From positions 1-18,124 of the forward strand of contig JAYWEM010000142.1 of the NCBI GenBank assembly GCA_043779265.1: a stretch of DNA of 18,124 bases, written 5' to 3'. Below are positions 16,326 to 18,124 of the stretch, piece after piece (position 1 is the stretch's first letter; every line of letters begins with the position of its first letter). The translations under genes and the position numbers were made by a program. This DNA comes from a bacterium. GTDB taxonomy: Bacteria > Eisenbacteria > RBG-16-71-46. The notes under the pieces are model-generated. The model ran no database searches, was not told the DNA's origin, and saw only the letters and a program-made list of their open reading frames with translations.

Positions 16326-17780
16326 TCAGGCGGGGCCGAGCGCGCGCGCGAGCAGATCGCGCTCGCTGCGCACCGAGTGTTCGTGGCGATCGAGTTCCTC
16401 GCGCTGGTGTTCGGGGCTCCAACCGAGGCGGCGTGCGAGTCCCTCGGCGACAGCGGGCGCGGAGGCGAGGCCGCGATCGTCGCCGAGCCACAATCGCGAT
16501 CGCCGCCGCATCACGTCCTCGAGCCGACGCGCGAATGTGCGTTCGGCGGCATCGGCGCCGAGCGCCTGCGGGTCATCGTCGAGCGCTCGCGGCACCGGCA
16601 GCGGCGTGCGTGGGTCATGCACGCGCTCCAAGTCGCGGCCGAGCCGCGCCAGCACGGCCTCGAGCGCCTCCTCGGCGATCGCCCGGAACGTCGTGTACTT
16701 GCCGCCCGTGACGGTCAGGCAGACGCCGTCCTCGAGCACGGCGTGCTCGCGAGAGGCGCTGCCGACCTCGCCGCCCGCCGCCAGCAACGGCCGGATGCCC
16801 GAATAGACTGCGATCGGCCGCTGGCCCCCGGCTCCCGGCAGCAGTCGCTTGGTGGCCTCGTGCAGGTAACGGATCTCGTCGATGCTCGGGGCCGATGAGC
16901 CATCGGGAGGGGGCGAGGCGAGCGCGGTCTCGGTGGTGCCGACCAGCGATCGCCCGGCGAAGGGCACCACGAACCACGCGCGGCCATCGGGTGCGAGCGA
17001 CAGGATCGCGTGCGAACGCGTGAGCGCCGGGTACACGAGATGCACGCCGCGCGAGGGCGCGAGCCGCGGCGCGGGGTCGGGAGCGCCAGGGGTGCGCATG
17101 CGCACCAGATCGCGCCTCGTCGCATCGCTCCACGCGCCGGTCGCGTTGACCAGCACGCGCACGGCGATGGTCTGACTGGCGCCGTCGGCGTCGCGCAGTT
17201 CGAGCGCGGTGGCGCCCTTGGGTTCGGTGGTGGGGCGTGCGGCGATCAGGGTCGTGTGCGGCAGCAGCCTGGCGCCATGCGCGGCGGCGTCCTCGGCGAC
17301 CGCGATGGCGAATCGCGTGTCATCGACGACGACATCCGAGTAGAGCCCCGTCGCGAGCAGCCCGGCGGGTTCGAGCGCCGGCTCGAGCGAGGCGCCCGAA
17401 GCACCGGGCGCCCACGCATGCGGAGCCAATCGCTCGCGCCCGGCGAGGAGGTCATAGAGCGCGAGTCCGGCCCGCAGTTGCCATGGCCGCACGCGGTCGC
17501 CCCGCCGCACCGGCGCGAGGAATCGGGTGGGCTGCGCGAGCGAGGGGGCCATGCGCTGCAACGTGCCGCGCTCTCGCAGCGACTCGCGCACGAGTGCGAA
17601 GTGCCCGTGCTCCAGGTAGCGCAGTCCGCCGTGCAGCATGTGGCTCGTGGCGCTGCTCGCGCCCGAGGCCAGATCGCTGCGATCCACCAGCACGACGCTC
17701 AGTCCGTGCCGGGCGGCGAGTCGCGCGAGGCCGAGGCCCGTCACGCCGCCGCCCAGCACGCCGAGGTCGACCGTGGTCAC
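16326..17780 (-). CDS. glpD: FAD-dependent glycerol-3-phosphate dehydrogenase/oxidase
   Basis: GGGVTG FAD motif, D.ASGASS..S..LHGGLRYL, VNATGAW, GVHLV, GTT, G.RPL, SREH, GGKYTT.R; adjacent to glpK. Confidence 0.9.
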   Translation of the reverse strand: MTTVDLGVLGGGVTGLGLARLAARHGLSVVLVDRSDLASGASSATSHMLHGGLRYLEHGHFALVRESLRERGTLQRMAPSLAQPTRFLAPVRRGDRVRPWQLRAGLALYDLLAGRERLAPHAWAPGASGASLEPALEPAGLLATGLYSDVVVDDTRFAIAVAEDAAAHGARLLPHTTLIAARPTTEPKGATALELRDADGASQTIAVRVLVNATGAWSDATRRDLVRMRTPGAPDPAPRLAPSRGVHLVYPALTRSHAILSLAPDGRAWFVVPFAGRSLVGTTETALASPPPDGSSAPSIDEIRYLHEATKRLLPGAGGQRPIAVYSGIRPLLAAGGEVGSASREHAVLEDGVCLTVTGGKYTTFRAIAEEALEAVLARLGRDLERVHDPRTPLPVPRALDDDPQALGADAAERTFARRLEDVMRRRSRLWLGDDRGLASAPAVAEGLARRLGWSPEHQREELDRHEHSVRSERDLLARALGPA

Positions 17781-18124
17781 TCGGGTTCGTCGCCGTACAG
17801 CGCGCGCATCGCGTCGTCGAGCCCGCGCTCGAGATTGCCGAAGCGCGCGCGATAGTCGACCTGCGCGCGCGAGATGACCTCGCGCGCGACGCTGGCGCCG
17901 TAGATGCCTGCCATCTCGATCTTGGGACGCGAGCCGCCCGGCATGTCCTTGTAAGTGAGGAAGTAGTGGACGATGCGATCGATCAGGACGGGCGGGCAGT
18001 GCTCGATCTCATCCCAGTTCTCATGCACCGGGTCGCCCACGAGCACGGCGATGATCTTGTCGTCCACCTCGTGGCCATCGAACAGCCGCAGCCCGCCGAT
18101 CGGCTTCGCGCGCACGACGACGCC
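17777..18124 (-). CDS. ppa: Family I inorganic pyrophosphatase, 5'-truncated by the window edge
   Basis: PIGGL...D..E.DDKIIAV and HYFLTYK motifs; the frame is open to the window end. Confidence 0.85.
   Translation of the reverse strand, partial: GVVVRAKPIGGLRLFDGHEVDDKIIAVLVGDPVHENWDEIEHCPPVLIDRIVHYFLTYKDMPGGSRPKIEMAGIYGASVAREVISRAQVDYRARFGNLERGLDDAMRALYGDEPE

Overview
Very GC-rich (~70% by eye), densely coding bacterial window with no rRNA, tRNA, CRISPR array or mobile element that I can see. In order it holds: the 3' part of a pruA/rocA P5C dehydrogenase (+); a hybrid histidine kinase and a stand-alone Hpt (-); a tightly coupled EVE-ligA-polX operon (-); an ICMT-family membrane methyltransferase (+); a large secreted beta-propeller protein with a T9SS-A/FlgD-Ig-like C-terminal domain, whose signal peptide lies in another frame (+, 1-nt frameshift near 8872-8874); a MEMO1/AmmeMemoRadiSam-B protein with an N-terminal extension (-); a CesT/YbjN-like protein, lysophospholipase and MOSC operon (+); and ppa-glpD-glpK (-). 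The best candidate for an undescribed system is the EVE (modified-base reader), NAD-dependent ligase and catalytically intact PolX/PHP operon, apparently on a leaderless transcript. The C-terminal domain style plus high GC suggests an FCB-related lineage such as Ca. Eisenbacteria (inference only). All family calls come from motif recognition by eye; no database searches were run.
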